DNA of 62,999 bases, counting the filler. It is 5 parts of 5 records of this genome, joined end to end, with 100 filler letters (N's around TTAATTAATTAA, not from the genome) between each part and the next. Parts side by side here need not be neighbours in the genome. Positions count along the whole stretch, not along the records: positions 1 to 11,661 come from SRR31147125_9867; 4 more parts are not named here. One strand, written 5' to 3'. Position numbers and translations under genes: made by a program. Each line of letters starts with the position of its first letter. Position 1 is the first letter of the stretch. The notes beneath the pieces were generated by a model. The model was given only the letters and a program-made list of their open reading frames with translations. It had not been told where the DNA came from and did not search any database. Positions 1 through 10,931 of this stretch are shown in pieces.

Positions 1-1722
1 AGACGACTGGAAAGATCCGGCCGTTATGTCCCTCTGATGAAAGAAATATTTGCCGAAGAAGGCCTTCCTCAGGATCTGGTTTACGTGGCCATGGTCGAGT
101 CAGGTTTTGTGGAGCATGCCTATAGTTGGGCAAAAGCCGCGGGGCCCTGGCAGTTCATTGAAGGGACTGGGAAAATTTACGGGTTAAAAAACGACTGGTG
201 GCGTGATGAGAGAAGGGACCCGGTTAAATCGACTCATGCCGCTGCTCAGCATCTGAAAAAGCTGTATCGTCAGTTCAATGACTGGCAACTGGCGGTCGCT
301 GCTTACAACGCCGGGTCTGGAACGGTTTCCCGTGCTATCCGAAAAACAGGCTCAAGAGATTTTTTTGAGCTTTCGCGCCGGAATTACCTCAGAGCTGAAA
401 CTAAAAATTATGTCCCCAAATTCCTGGCGACCCTGATTATTGCCCGGGACCCGGAGCAATATGGTTTCAAGGATCTCGATTATCAACCGCCCCTTGATTT
501 TGACAGGGTCACCGTTGCCACGTCCACCGACCTGGAGGTCATTGCCCGACTGAGCAACAGCAGCTATAAAAAAATCAAACATCTGAATCCGGAACTTAAA
601 CGCTGGTGCACTCCCCCGGAAAGCAAGAACTACAAAGTCAAAATTCCGCCAGGACTCGAGGATGAATTTTACAAGAAATTTGTCGAGCTTCCGGCAAGTG
701 AGAGAGCCAAATTCAAGCGTCACAAAATCAAGTCCGGAGATACCCTGGGGGTCCTGGCCAGGCGCTATCATATTCAGGTGCGGGATATCATAGCTCTGAA
801 CAGCATAAAAAATCCTCGTGGCTTGCAGATCGGCGACAATCTGATCCTGCCACTGAAGGACGGCTATACCCGGCTTCCAATGGATGAGTTGAAGGATGAT
901 TACAAGCGCTCCAGGCGGAAAACCTACAGGGTCCGCAAAGGCGATTCCTTGTGGAAGATTGCCAGGAAATTCGACGTTTCCGAAAAAAACCTCAGGGTCT
1001 GGAATACACTTGGCTGGAGCAACAATCTTCGCCCGGGGCAGGTTCTGATGGTTTCAAAAAAAGGGGCGGTTCGCAAAGGGAGAACATCCAAAGGACGTTA
1101 CAAGGTTGAGTATTCCGTCATTGCGGGAGACAACTTGTGGGATATCGGCCGCGAATTCGGAGTCGGAACCCGGGACATCCAACGCTGGAACAACCTTTCC
1201 GCAAGGCACATCCTCCGTCCGGGACAAAAGTTGACTCTGTTCGTAGACAAAGTTTCCGGTTCAAAAAAACTGTCTGTTATTTCCGACAGTAAGTCCCCGG
1301 GAAAGGACAATTATACGGGGCCTCGCAAAAAGGTCGCTTATACGGTCCGCCCGGGAGACAGCCTTTGGGAGATCGGTCGTAAATTCAATGTTGGCACCCG
1401 TGATATCCAACGCTGGAACAATCTTTCCTCCAAGCACGTCCTGCGTCCGGGAGACCGGCTCACCCTGCATGTTGCCGAGAGCCTGAACTCTCCTTCTCTG
1501 TCCGCTGTCTCTGATGTGCCGACCAGACAGAAATTGGAATCGGTCAAGCCGCGTCAGAAGCTTATTTATCAGGTCCGCACAGGTGACACCTTGTGGGGCA
1601 TCAGCCGCCAATTCAACGTGGCTACCAGGGAAATCCTGCACTGGAACAACCTTAAGGATCGACACGTTTTGCAGCCTGGCGACAAACTGACTCTGCATGT
1701 GGAAACGAACGAAAAGAGTTGA
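1..1722 (+). CDS. mltD: Lytic murein transglycosylase (SLT domain) with five LysM repeats, MltD-like; 5' truncated by window
   Basis: Frame is open from base 1. SLT motifs AMVESGF, AAGPWQFI, AAYNAG, ETKNYVPK; five LysM units (e.g. YRVRKGDSLWKIARKF, YTVRPGDSLWEIGRKF). Confidence 0.9.
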   Translation, partial: RRLERSGRYVPLMKEIFAEEGLPQDLVYVAMVESGFVEHAYSWAKAAGPWQFIEGTGKIYGLKNDWWRDERRDPVKSTHAAAQHLKKLYRQFNDWQLAVAAYNAGSGTVSRAIRKTGSRDFFELSRRNYLRAETKNYVPKFLATLIIARDPEQYGFKDLDYQPPLDFDRVTVATSTDLEVIARLSNSSYKKIKHLNPELKRWCTPPESKNYKVKIPPGLEDEFYKKFVELPASERAKFKRHKIKSGDTLGVLARRYHIQVRDIIALNSIKNPRGLQIGDNLILPLKDGYTRLPMDELKDDYKRSRRKTYRVRKGDSLWKIARKFDVSEKNLRVWNTLGWSNNLRPGQVLMVSKKGAVRKGRTSKGRYKVEYSVIAGDNLWDIGREFGVGTRDIQRWNNLSARHILRPGQKLTLFVDKVSGSKKLSVISDSKSPGKDNYTGPRKKVAYTVRPGDSLWEIGRKFNVGTRDIQRWNNLSSKHVLRPGDRLTLHVAESLNSPSLSAVSDVPTRQKLESVKPRQKLIYQVRTGDTLWGISRQFNVATREILHWNNLKDRHVLQPGDKLTLHVETNEKS

Positions 1723-1755
1723 CAACCTCCTGTGGGTAACATAATCCTTCCTTTT

Positions 1756-1784
1756 AACCTCTCCGCGGCGGAGAGGTTTTTCTT
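1756..1784 (+). terminator. Rho-independent terminator
   Basis: Perfect 10-bp stem AACCTCTCCG/CGGAGAGGTT with a 3-nt loop, followed by TTTCTT, just after the mltD stop. Confidence 0.8.
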
Positions 1785-1821
1785 GTGGATGTGAAAAACG
1801 TCGCCGAGTTAAACCCGGAAT

Positions 1822-1981
1822 ATTCATGAAGACTTCTGCTGCAACCGCTGATTGTGCGTCATCTCAAGCCGTGCTCTCTCCTTGTTCTTCGATAGTATTG
1901 CAGGTACGCCTGTAGAGTGCGCCACTGCGCTTGGCTTGACCTGACACACAATTACCGAATTCGTGACAAAGTCTTATGAAT
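1822..1981. repeat. Nested inverted-repeat intergenic element (MITE/REP-like)
   Basis: Outer arms ATTCATGAAGACTT / AAGTCTTATGAAT; inner arms 1851-1870 and 1933-1952 are 17/20 complementary. Confidence 0.55.
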
Positions 1982-2100
1982 AGACCGAGCTAGAATCACC
2001 TTCCTGACGACCTAATTTTTCAAGCTTCCGATAGTTTTTGACATTTGTCTGGGGGTTGTTAGAATTTTGCCAAATCACCCTGCCTTGAAAGGATTTGTTA

Positions 2101-2826
2101 ATGTACAACTTGCTGATATCGTTTGGTTTTGGTGCCATTGTTTTTGCTTCTCTCCATTTCGGAGCCGGAATACAGGCAGGCTTTGCAGCACTCGCCATGG
2201 CGGCTGTTTACGTGGCAGTTTTTTTCGTTATCAGTCGCATTTTCATGAAAAAACTGGGCACCCTTATGGAAGTGGCAGAGCGGGATATGCAGGCGGGGCG
2301 TATTGACAAATCCATTAAAGTCCTGGAAAGCGGTTTTAAATACGGAAGATGGCAGCTTTACGTCAAACCCCAGGTCAATGCCCAGATAGGCATGGTTTAT
2401 TATCTCAAGCGCGATTTTCGTAAGGCCTTTGACTATTTGCAGAAGGGTTTCACTCGCAACTGGGCCTCCATGGGGATGCTGGCCATTTGTTACATGAAGC
2501 GAAACAAACCAAATGAGATGAAAAAAACCTTTGAAAAAGCCGTCCGGGTAACGAAAAAAGAGCCTCTCCTCTGGAATCTTTATGCTTTATGCCTGGAAAA
2601 GATTGGTGAAAAGGAAAAAGCGGTAGAAATTCTTGAAAAGGGAATCAAAAAGGTGGGCTACGATGAACGTCTGGCAGCCAACCTGGACGCTCTGAAAGAG
2701 GGAAGAAAAATGAAAATGAAGGGCTACGGAGAAATGTGGCATCAGTTTCATCTGGAAAAACAAGGGACTCTCATCAAACAGCAGACCAAGGCCGTTCAGG
2801 GACGGCGGAAGATTGTGAGACGCTAG
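2101..2826 (+). CDS. Membrane-anchored tetratricopeptide repeat protein
   Basis: Two N-terminal hydrophobic helices followed by TPR-like helices (AQIGMVYYLKRDFRKAFDYL, LWNLYALCLEKIGEKEKAVEILEKG). Confidence 0.75.
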   Translation: MYNLLISFGFGAIVFASLHFGAGIQAGFAALAMAAVYVAVFFVISRIFMKKLGTLMEVAERDMQAGRIDKSIKVLESGFKYGRWQLYVKPQVNAQIGMVYYLKRDFRKAFDYLQKGFTRNWASMGMLAICYMKRNKPNEMKKTFEKAVRVTKKEPLLWNLYALCLEKIGEKEKAVEILEKGIKKVGYDERLAANLDALKEGRKMKMKGYGEMWHQFHLEKQGTLIKQQTKAVQGRRKIVRR

Positions 2827-2904
2827 GAACCTGTCGGACTTCTTGGTTGCAGCACAAATATTTCGGAATTTATAGATACGCCTTACCGCACGGGACATCG
2901 GGCT

Positions 2905-3576
2905 TTGACGGATAAAAAGACGGGAAAAAAGAAAACCCTTAAAGACCTGAAGAAAATTCTTCCTTCCCTGCCTTCCAAGCCTGTTACCCCCTCGCCCAAA
3001 CCTTCTCCACACCTCGATTCTGAAGCCAAACCTTTGTTGTTTGAAAAAGAGATGGAGCGCCTGGGGGTTATCCCCCACAAAGCGCGGGCTGGAAGTGAGT
3101 TCTCCCATGATCTTCCAGCCGAAGAATCAACTTTGGACGAAACGTCCGAAAGCCTGCCGGAAGAAAATCTGAACGATGAGGCATTATTCCTATCTTCCCT
3201 GAAAAATTTCGATACAATTTTCGAGGAAGAGGACCATGCCGCCCTTTCTGAAACATCCTCTTCCCGGCGCACCAAGACGCTTAGAAAAAAGAAGTTTATC
3301 CCTGACAAACAGATTGACCTGCATGGGTTGACCCGGAAAGAAGCCCTCCGGAAGGTACATTTTTTCCTGGAAAATGCGGCTTATGAAGGGTTGAAAGCGG
3401 TTTTGATCATTACCGGGTGCGGTCATGGATCGGAAGGGGAAGCGGTTCTTCGCAGTGCTGTGGAAGATTTTCTAGTCAAGGAGGCCCAGCTGTGGGTTTC
3501 CAGTTGGGAAAGGGCGCCTCGAAAATTGGGGGGAGAAGGAGCTATTGCCGTTTTCCTCCGCAGAAGAGTGGAATGA
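2905..3576 (+). CDS. Smr/MutS2 C-terminal domain protein
   Basis: IDLHGLT...VLIITGCGHGS...GGEGAIAVFL Smr motifs. Confidence 0.9.
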   Translation: MTDKKTGKKKTLKDLKKILPSLPSKPVTPSPKPSPHLDSEAKPLLFEKEMERLGVIPHKARAGSEFSHDLPAEESTLDETSESLPEENLNDEALFLSSLKNFDTIFEEEDHAALSETSSSRRTKTLRKKKFIPDKQIDLHGLTRKEALRKVHFFLENAAYEGLKAVLIITGCGHGSEGEAVLRSAVEDFLVKEAQLWVSSWERAPRKLGGEGAIAVFLRRRVE

Positions 3577-3761
3577 TCACTCCTCACGGTCTTCCGAAAA
3601 TCCCATCGTCAGATCCCTCAAGAGAATATTTTCCCCATCACTTCCACTCAGGCAAACAGTTCTGAGAAAGTACCAGACCTGTTGCCTGTTGAGGATGCGC
3701 TTCTGCAGCAGCCAAGTTGCCTCGAAATTTAGGGGCAGGGCGGCACAAGCGGAACGTTGGG

Positions 3762-5985
3762 TTAATCCGTTTTCTCCCCAGGGGCCTCGTTCTCTTTATT
3801 GGCTGTATCCGAAATCTTCTGAGGTTTTTGAGGAGCGGAATCAACGGTCTCTTTTTCCGCTGTCTTTTCTTTTGCGTCAGGGCCTTGCTCCGGCGTCTTT
3901 TTCGCTCTTGATGGTTGACGGGATCGTGATGCCCGTGGTCGGGATCTCGGTGTCGGTTTTCCACTCTCCTTTTCTTCTGAGGGTGTTTTTTCCGGTTCCG
4001 TTGCAGGGGCAGGCGCTTTTGAGTCCGTATCCGCTGCCTCAGATTTTTTTGGCGTTTTTCGTCGTGGCCGAGGCTTTCTTTTCGCCGCCGCCGCTTTAAC
4101 CTTGCCAGGCTCCTCCGCTGAACCCACTGGAGCGGCTTGACTCTCGCCCGCGGCCCCGGTGGTTGTTTCCTCTGCAGTCTTGGCAGTCTTCTGTGTGGGC
4201 TGGGATTCCACCTGGTCGGTTTCTGTTTGTGGTTGCGTAGCCTCTGTTTGTTGTTGATCGATTTTTTCAGGGGTGGTGGCGACTTTTTCCGTTTTTGGGT
4301 CTGCTACGGGTTTCCCCTGGGGTTTCCCCGGATGTTTTCTGTGAGAGGATTTTCGTGCGCCACCTCTTTTTCGGCCTCCTCCTTCCGTGCCAGCGGCAGG
4401 TTTTTCCGCAGGAGCAGTCGCCGCTGTCTGGGGGGATTGGCTTGGGGTTTCTTCCGCCACCTTAGAGGTTTTTTCCTCTTCCATTGCGGGTTTCTGGCTC
4501 GCCGGTTTTTCCCGTTTATGGAAAATTATTTCCATGGCATCGGGTTTCAGTTCCGGGCGCCCCTTGATGGAAATGACGGTCTTATATTTTTTTTCCAGTT
4601 CCGCCAATGTGGCCCTTTTTTCATTGAGAAGATATAAGGCCGTATCCAGGGTCGTTTCCCCTTCGATTTTTTCGATGCCATCCCGTGCAATGCCGGCTTC
4701 AAGTTTGCGCAGGAATTCGATAGCCAGGGCCTCAACCCTTTTCAGTTGGCCGCTCCCCTGGCAATAGGGGCATGGCAGGGACGATTTTTCTCCAAGGGTT
4801 GTTTTGATCCTTTGCCGGCTCATCTCCAGAAGTCCGAACTTGCTGATACGGGAGAGGTTCACACGAGCTTTATCCTGACTCAAGGCCAGCTTGAGATTTT
4901 TTTCCACATCCCGGACATGGTCCTTGCCTCTCATGTCAATGAGGTCGATGACAATCAATCCTCCAAGGTCCCGCAAGCGCAATTGGCGGCCGATTTCCGT
5001 CGTGGCCTCCATATTGGTTTTGTAAGCTGTTTTTTCAATATCCCCCTCGCCCATTGTTTTGCCGGAATTGACGTCGATGGCGACCAGGGCTTCGGTTGCG
5101 TCAATTACGATGGAGCCCCCGGAAGGAAGACTCACCTTGTTTTTAGCGATAGCCGCTATCTGTTCCTCAATTTGGTAACGAGAAAAAATGGGGCGGCGCT
5201 CCCGGTGGAGTTTGACGAGGCCAGCGTAATCCGGAAGGACATCCTGAAAAAATTCCTTGGCTTCGTGGAAGACCTTGGGATTATCGACTACCACGGCATC
5301 CATGTTGGTGTCGAAATAGTCGCGCAGGAAGCGAATAACCATATTCGATTCTTTATAAATCAGGGCCGGGGCCTTGGCCTGCTTGTAGAGTTCAAGGACT
5401 TTTTCGTTGATTCGCAGCAAGTAGTCGATATCTTTGCGGAGCTCCTCTTTTTTGCGGCCCACGGCGGCTGTCCGGACGATATAGCCGGTATGCTCCGGAA
5501 GGTCGAAGGACGCCATGGTTTCCTTGATTTTTTTCTTTGTGGTTCAGATTCGATCTTTCGGGAAACCCCCAGCGTGTCGCTGAAAGGCATGAGGACCATG
5601 TAGCGACCGGGCAGGGAGAGGTGGGTGGTCAGGGCCGCTCCCTTGGAGCCTCTTTCATCCTTGATAACCTGAACGAGGATCTCCTGGCGGGGTTTCAGGA
5701 CTTCTTCGATTTTGGGAAACCCTTCGGTTTTGGGAGCATTCGGGCCATGAACCTGGGCAAGGTTGACTTCACTGATCTGCAGGAAACCGAAGCGGTCCCC
5801 TCCGTAATTGACAAAAGCCGCCTGCAGGCCTGGTTCTGTATTGACCACTACTCCTTTGTAGATATTGCCGCGATTCTGTTCCCGACCGGCAAATTCGACT
5901 TCATACTCCGACAGGATACCGTCTTCGACGATAGCGACCCGACTTTCTTCCGGGTGCAGGGCATTAATAAAAATCTTTTTCTCAT
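3762..5985 (-). CDS. rne: Rne/Rng family ribonuclease with long disordered C-terminal tail; two apparent homopolymer frameshifts (about 5976-5980 and 5528-5534)
   Basis: KIFINALHPEESRVAIV, GNIYKG, AAFVNYG, AIDVNSG, LRLRDLGGLIVIDLIDM, SKFGLLEMSRQR, CPYCQG. Adding one A in each run restores a single frame. Confidence 0.9.
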
Positions 5986-6001
5986 GAATATTCTTTCTAT
6001 G

Positions 6002-6038
6002 GGTTGTCCTCCGAGAAAGAGTTTTCCGGAGGACAACC
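6002..6038 (-). promoter_or_regulatory. Strong stem-loop in the putative rne 5' leader
   Basis: GGTTGTCCTCCG/CGGAGGACAACC 12-bp perfect stem, 16 nt upstream of the inferred ATG. Confidence 0.5.
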
Positions 6039-6283
6039 TTGCAAAAATGAAAAGCTTGTCTCAAGCCCAAATTATATTGCAATTGGAGGGTTGTGATGAA
6101 TCGCTCCAATCAAATTCTAAATGATTCCAATTAATTTATGGCAGAAACTTTATACAATGGCAATCATGACAGGGAATATTTGTGAAAAAACCATGAGAAA
6201 ATCTTTAAATTTTTATCAAACCGACTACGGCGGCCCGTTATTTGGGAGTTTTGCGTGGTTTGTCGATGTGATATAAAGGCCCC

Positions 6284-8203
6284 ATGATTCAGCTAAAAAA
6301 CATCTGGAAAAGATTCGGCGACAAAAAAATTCTGGCGGATGTCTCCTGGCAGATTAACAAAAAGAACCGCATCGGGTTGTGCGGACCGAACGGTGCCGGG
6401 AAGACGACCCTTCTCAGGGTTCTGGCCGGGGAGATGACGACGGACAGTGGTGAAATCCAGGTCGCCAGGGAAGTGACTATCGGCTATCTTCCCCAGGCAG
6501 TACAGGGTTTCGCGAAGGGGACGCTCTTTCAGGAAGTCCGTGGGGCATTGGACGAACTCACCCGCATGGAAGCCGAATTGGCCCGTCTGGAAAAGGAAAT
6601 CTCCCAGGCCCCCGAGACCCGAGTGCTGGAGCGCTACTCAGTATTGCAGGAAACTTTTCGTGTGCGTGGCGGTTATACCATGGAAGCCGATGTGTCTCGA
6701 GTTCTGGACGGACTCGGTTTTGTGAAAGATGATTGGGAAAAAAGTTGCGAAACCTTTTCAGGTGGCTGGCAGATGCGGATCGCTCTGGCCAAACTGCTTC
6801 TGCAACGTCCCAATCTCCTTCTGCTCGATGAGCCGACCAACCACCTTGATCTGCCGACTCGCGATTGGCTGGAAAACTACCTGAGAGAATACCCTTACAG
6901 TGTGGTTCTGGTTTCTCATGATCGATTTTTCCTGGATCAGACCGTGGAAAAGATCGTGGAGATATGGAACGGAGACATTCACGAATACCCCGGCAATTAC
7001 AGCTATTATCTCACGGAGAGAATCCGGAGGATTGAACAGATCCGCGAGGCGAAGCAGCGCCAGGATGAAGAGATTCAGAAGATTCAAACGTTCATCAATC
7101 GTTTCCGCTATCAGGCCAACAAGGCGTCTCTGGTGCAGAGCCGGGTCAAACAGCTTGCCCGGATCGAGCCAATAGAAGTCCCTCCTTTGCCCAAAAAAGT
7201 CGCTTTTCAGTTTCCACCGTCCACCAAGTCGGGGAAGACGGTTCTCGAAATGACGGAAATCAGTCATGGCTATGGACCGTTGACGGTTTTCAACAATGTC
7301 GACCTGACCGTTCTCCGCGAGGAGAGAATTGCCCTGGTGGGTGCCAATGGGGCTGGGAAATCGACTCTGATGCGTCTTATCGCCGGACAGGAATCGCCCA
7401 GAACCGGGGAGCGCAAGGAGGGACACAATCTTCGCATCGGTTATTTTGCCCAGAATCAGGCCTCCCGACTTGATTCCTCCCGTACGGTTCTGGAGGAGAT
7501 CACAGCGGATGCGCCATTTGAAGTCGTGCCCCATCTGCGTAATATTCTGGGTGCATTCCTTTTCTCCAGCGAAGAAGTTGATAAGAAAGTTGCGGTTTTG
7601 TCCGGTGGGGAAAGAAACCGGCTGGCCCTGGCCAAGCTCCTTCTAATTCCCTGCAACCTGTTGCTTTTGGATGAGCCAACCAACCACCTTGACCTTGAAT
7701 CCAAGGATGTACTGCTCGCAGCTTTAAAAAAATATGATGGAACCCTGATTTTTGTGTCCCATGATCGTTATTTTGTCGATCATTTGGCATCTCGGGTGCT
7801 TGAAATCGGCAGTGGGGAGGTCATTTCCCATCTTGGCAATTATGAAGATTTTTTGAAAAGCAAAGAAAAGGAAGGGGATAGCGCGCACAGTGCCCTGAGG
7901 GTTGAACAACGCATGGTCTCTTCGGAAACCTGTGCTGATGATGAGAAAACTTCTCGCAAACTTGACCATTTAGAGCGTAAGGCTCGCCAGAAAGAGGAGC
8001 GTCGGCGCCAGAAAGAGATTGAATCCCTGGAGGAGAAAATTGCGGCGCTCGAGAAGGAGATAGCGGTGCTGGAAAAGTTTCTCGGGGAACCGGATTCTTA
8101 CCCCAACGATGAAACTTTCAAAGAAACAATAAAAAATTATGAGAATCTGCAGAAGGAAGTGGAAGCACTTTATGAGCAATGGGAGGATGCGCAGGCCTGT
8201 TGA
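6284..8203 (+). CDS. ABC-F family ATPase
   Basis: Two ABC domains (GPNGAGKT, FSGGWQMR, LDEPTNHLD; GANGAGKS, LSGGERNR), no TM segments, C-terminal coiled coil. Confidence 0.95.
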   Translation: MIQLKNIWKRFGDKKILADVSWQINKKNRIGLCGPNGAGKTTLLRVLAGEMTTDSGEIQVAREVTIGYLPQAVQGFAKGTLFQEVRGALDELTRMEAELARLEKEISQAPETRVLERYSVLQETFRVRGGYTMEADVSRVLDGLGFVKDDWEKSCETFSGGWQMRIALAKLLLQRPNLLLLDEPTNHLDLPTRDWLENYLREYPYSVVLVSHDRFFLDQTVEKIVEIWNGDIHEYPGNYSYYLTERIRRIEQIREAKQRQDEEIQKIQTFINRFRYQANKASLVQSRVKQLARIEPIEVPPLPKKVAFQFPPSTKSGKTVLEMTEISHGYGPLTVFNNVDLTVLREERIALVGANGAGKSTLMRLIAGQESPRTGERKEGHNLRIGYFAQNQASRLDSSRTVLEEITADAPFEVVPHLRNILGAFLFSSEEVDKKVAVLSGGERNRLALAKLLLIPCNLLLLDEPTNHLDLESKDVLLAALKKYDGTLIFVSHDRYFVDHLASRVLEIGSGEVISHLGNYEDFLKSKEKEGDSAHSALRVEQRMVSSETCADDEKTSRKLDHLERKARQKEERRRQKEIESLEEKIAALEKEIAVLEKFLGEPDSYPNDETFKETIKNYENLQKEVEALYEQWEDAQAC

Positions 8204-8271
8204 AATGGCGGGATATTTGCAAAGCTTGATGTTTGGCCACAGGTGCCGAAAAAAAGATATGGGGTGTTGTC

Positions 8272-8919
8272 ATGTTAGTTCTGCCGCGCGGAAAAGCCGT
8301 GAAAGAAAAAATAAGTTTGAAAAACTTTGATGTGCTCGATTGCCTCCAAAAGCTTCAGGCCGGTCAATTCACCGGTTATCTTCGTTTCGATTCCCCGGAG
8401 GGGGCAGGGATAATTTTATTTAACCGGGGCAAGATGATAGGCATATTTTTCCAGGGGGAGAGAGAAAATCTTATTGCTCTGCGAGCTCTTTCCAACATCT
8501 TTGAGAATATTCGAAGCGGAAGGAGCCTCCTCTATATCTACAGCGTAAGTACGCGTCTTCTGATGAATCTTTTTGAAATTCTACATGGGAACATCATCTA
8601 CCGGGGCCAGGAACTTCTTCTTGTAGATGTCGCATTCCTTATTGACCATATCAAAAATGAAAATATCAGTGGCGCCCTGAGGGTTTATGTGGGCGATCAG
8701 GTAGCCATTATTTTCTATCGCCAGGGAACCCCGATAGGTTTTTTTCATGATGGCGGTAAGGATATTGACACCTTTGCGGATACCGACAAATCACTGGCCT
8801 TGATGGCAGGTGCCCGGTTCGACCTTTTGGTCTCACGGGATTCCGAAGGCATGGTACTGGTCGATTTTAACAAGTCGATCGACCTGCCGGCGCTTTGGGA
8901 AAAATCCATGAAGGGATGA
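8272..8919 (+). CDS. Conserved hypothetical protein with duplicated DUF4388-like beta domain
   Basis: Internal repeat FTGYLRF...GIILFNRG / ISGALRV...AIIFYRQG; resembles Desulfuromonadales hypothetical proteins. Confidence 0.55.
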   Translation: MLVLPRGKAVKEKISLKNFDVLDCLQKLQAGQFTGYLRFDSPEGAGIILFNRGKMIGIFFQGERENLIALRALSNIFENIRSGRSLLYIYSVSTRLLMNLFEILHGNIIYRGQELLLVDVAFLIDHIKNENISGALRVYVGDQVAIIFYRQGTPIGFFHDGGKDIDTFADTDKSLALMAGARFDLLVSRDSEGMVLVDFNKSIDLPALWEKSMKG

Positions 8920-8965
8920 ATTCGTCTTTTCTGCTTCTCTCTTAACACCTTTATCAGCTCTTCTG

Positions 8966-9854
8966 TTACTTCAATGGTTTGACAACCTGGGCATCTACCG
9001 GGACCAGGACAATCTGGATGCGACGATTCTGGGCCCGGCCAGCGGCACTTTGATTGTTGCTGACCGGTTGAAACTGGCTGAAACCACTGGCCGACAGCTT
9101 TTCCCCCTTATCCCGATCCTGTTCTGCAGAAAATGGACAACATTGACGGCTCGGGCGGTGGACAGTTCCCAGTTGGAGGGAAGGTCTTTTTCAAGCGGGA
9201 ACTGATTGGAATATTATCCGTATGTCCCTCAACACGGATACTTTTACCTTCCATATTTTTCAGGACTTTTCCAACCCGCTGCAGTACTTCAAGTCCCTGT
9301 GGTTTGATATCCGCACTTCCCGATTCAAACAGAATTTTTTCCACCAGATTGACCGTCAACTTCCCTTTTAACTGTGAAATTTTCACTTCACCGCCACGAA
9401 TTTCCTCCTCCATGGTCTCCACCAAAGAATCGTAGGTTGATTTGATCTCCGCCAAGCGGGCTTCGCGCTCGATCCGCTCCTTTTCGATCTGTTGTTCCAG
9501 AAGATCTGTTTCCGTGCGAATATTCTGAATGGTCTTTTCCGCCTGCAGGTTTTTATCCGTCAGGACTTTCCTTTGAAAATCCAATTCTTTTCTGATTTGC
9601 ACCAGATTCCTGCGAAGTTCCGAATTCTGCTCGGACAATTCCTGAAGATCCAGAGCCAGTTCTTGTTGCTGTAGGACGAGATCTCTTTTCTGGTCCAAAA
9701 GGACCTGGTTTTCCTCTTCAAGTGTTTTGAATGCCCGGCTCAGCTGCGCGGCTTCCAACTCTTTCTGCTCGAAGACGGATTTGCTCACGCAAGCGGTAGT
9801 CAGGAAGCCAGCAATAATTATCAATAATCCACTTTTCAAGACCGAAGCGTTCAT
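8966..9854 (-). CDS. OmpA/MotB family lipoprotein with coiled coil; frameshifts near 9178 and 9105
   Basis: Lipobox LTTAC, ILFESGSA, IRVEGHTDN; shifted frames give SNWELSTARA and GRAQNRRIQIVL. Confidence 0.85.
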
Positions 9855-10034
9855 TTTTTCTCCCCAAAGCAAACTTTTTGAAATTTGTCTGTTTTTCACC
9901 CTAATGTTTGGATAACCAATGATCGATTTCCATCAAGCTTCCAAACGTTTTCGCTTCTCACAGATTTACCTTTTTTCTACCATAAAAGTGGTTTAAGTAA
10001 AGGGAAATCGTTGATTTTGAAGAACTCTTTTCAG

Positions 10035-10064
10035 TTGCGACGGGTCTTGCGAGTATGCTATAAA
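10035..10064 (+). promoter_or_regulatory. Possible sigma70 promoter of nadC
   Basis: TTGCGA-18 bp-TATAAA with extended -10 TG. Confidence 0.35.
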
Positions 10065-10097
10065 AACACACTTATGACTACATTAAAGAGAATTTAA

Positions 10098-10931
10098 GTG
10101 TTTGATATACAAAAGATAATTAATAAAGCTTTGGAAGAGGATGTCGGCCCGGGCGATGTTACCACGATGGCAACGGTAGCCCCGGACTGTCTTGGAAAAG
10201 CAGAATTCCTGGCAAAGGAAGATTTTATTCTAGCTGGTCTCGATGTTGCCAGAAAAACATTTTCGACTCTTGACTCCGGCGTGAAGTTTTTTGGTCTGGC
10301 GGAAGATGGAGCGTCTATTAAGAGAGATGAAGTGTTTGCCTCTCTGGAAGGCCGTGCCTGTTCCCTGCTTCAGGGGGAGAGAGTTGCCCTGAATTTTGTC
10401 CAGCGTATGAGCGGGATAGCGACCCAGACCCGACGTTTTGTAGATGCCGTGAAGATGACATCAGCAAGTATAGTCGATACCCGCAAGACAACTCCCGGTT
10501 TGCGGGTGTTGGAAAAATACGCGGTACGGGTCGGCGGCGGACGCAACCATCGTTTTTCTCTTTTTGACGGTGTCCTGATTAAGGAAAATCATATCGTTGC
10601 GGCAGGCGGCATCCTTGCGGCGATTTCCAAGGCCCGGAAGAGTGTTCCGCATACGTTGAAGATCGAGGTTGAAACCCGAACTTTAACCGAAGTCCAGGAA
10701 GCACTTGAGGCCAAGGCGGACATTATTCTCCTCGACAACATGACGCTGGAGATGGTCCGGGACGCTGTGAAAACCATCGGGAACCAGGCGCTTGTGGAAA
10801 GCTCGGGTGGCGTCACCCTGGAAACGGTCCGTGCGCTGGCGGAATCAGGGGTCGACTTCATTTCCGTCGGTGCCCTGACCCATTCCAGCCGGGCTGTGGA
10901 TATTTCACTGCTTTTTTCCGAGCAGGCCTGA
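10098..10931 (+). CDS. nadC: Nicotinate-nucleotide diphosphorylase (carboxylating)
   Basis: EDVGPGDVTT, DTRKTTPGLR, NHRFSL, LIKENH, IEVE, ILLDN, ISVGALTHS. Confidence 0.97.
   Translation: MFDIQKIINKALEEDVGPGDVTTMATVAPDCLGKAEFLAKEDFILAGLDVARKTFSTLDSGVKFFGLAEDGASIKRDEVFASLEGRACSLLQGERVALNFVQRMSGIATQTRRFVDAVKMTSASIVDTRKTTPGLRVLEKYAVRVGGGRNHRFSLFDGVLIKENHIVAAGGILAAISKARKSVPHTLKIEVETRTLTEVQEALEAKADIILLDNMTLEMVRDAVKTIGNQALVESSGGVTLETVRALAESGVDFISVGALTHSSRAVDISLLFSEQA

Noticed and set aside
3545-5603. Long antisense or alternate-frame ORFs over rne (likewise over the Nqr and NRPS genes)
   Set aside because: Shadow ORFs of well-supported genes in GC-rich DNA, with no recognisable motifs.
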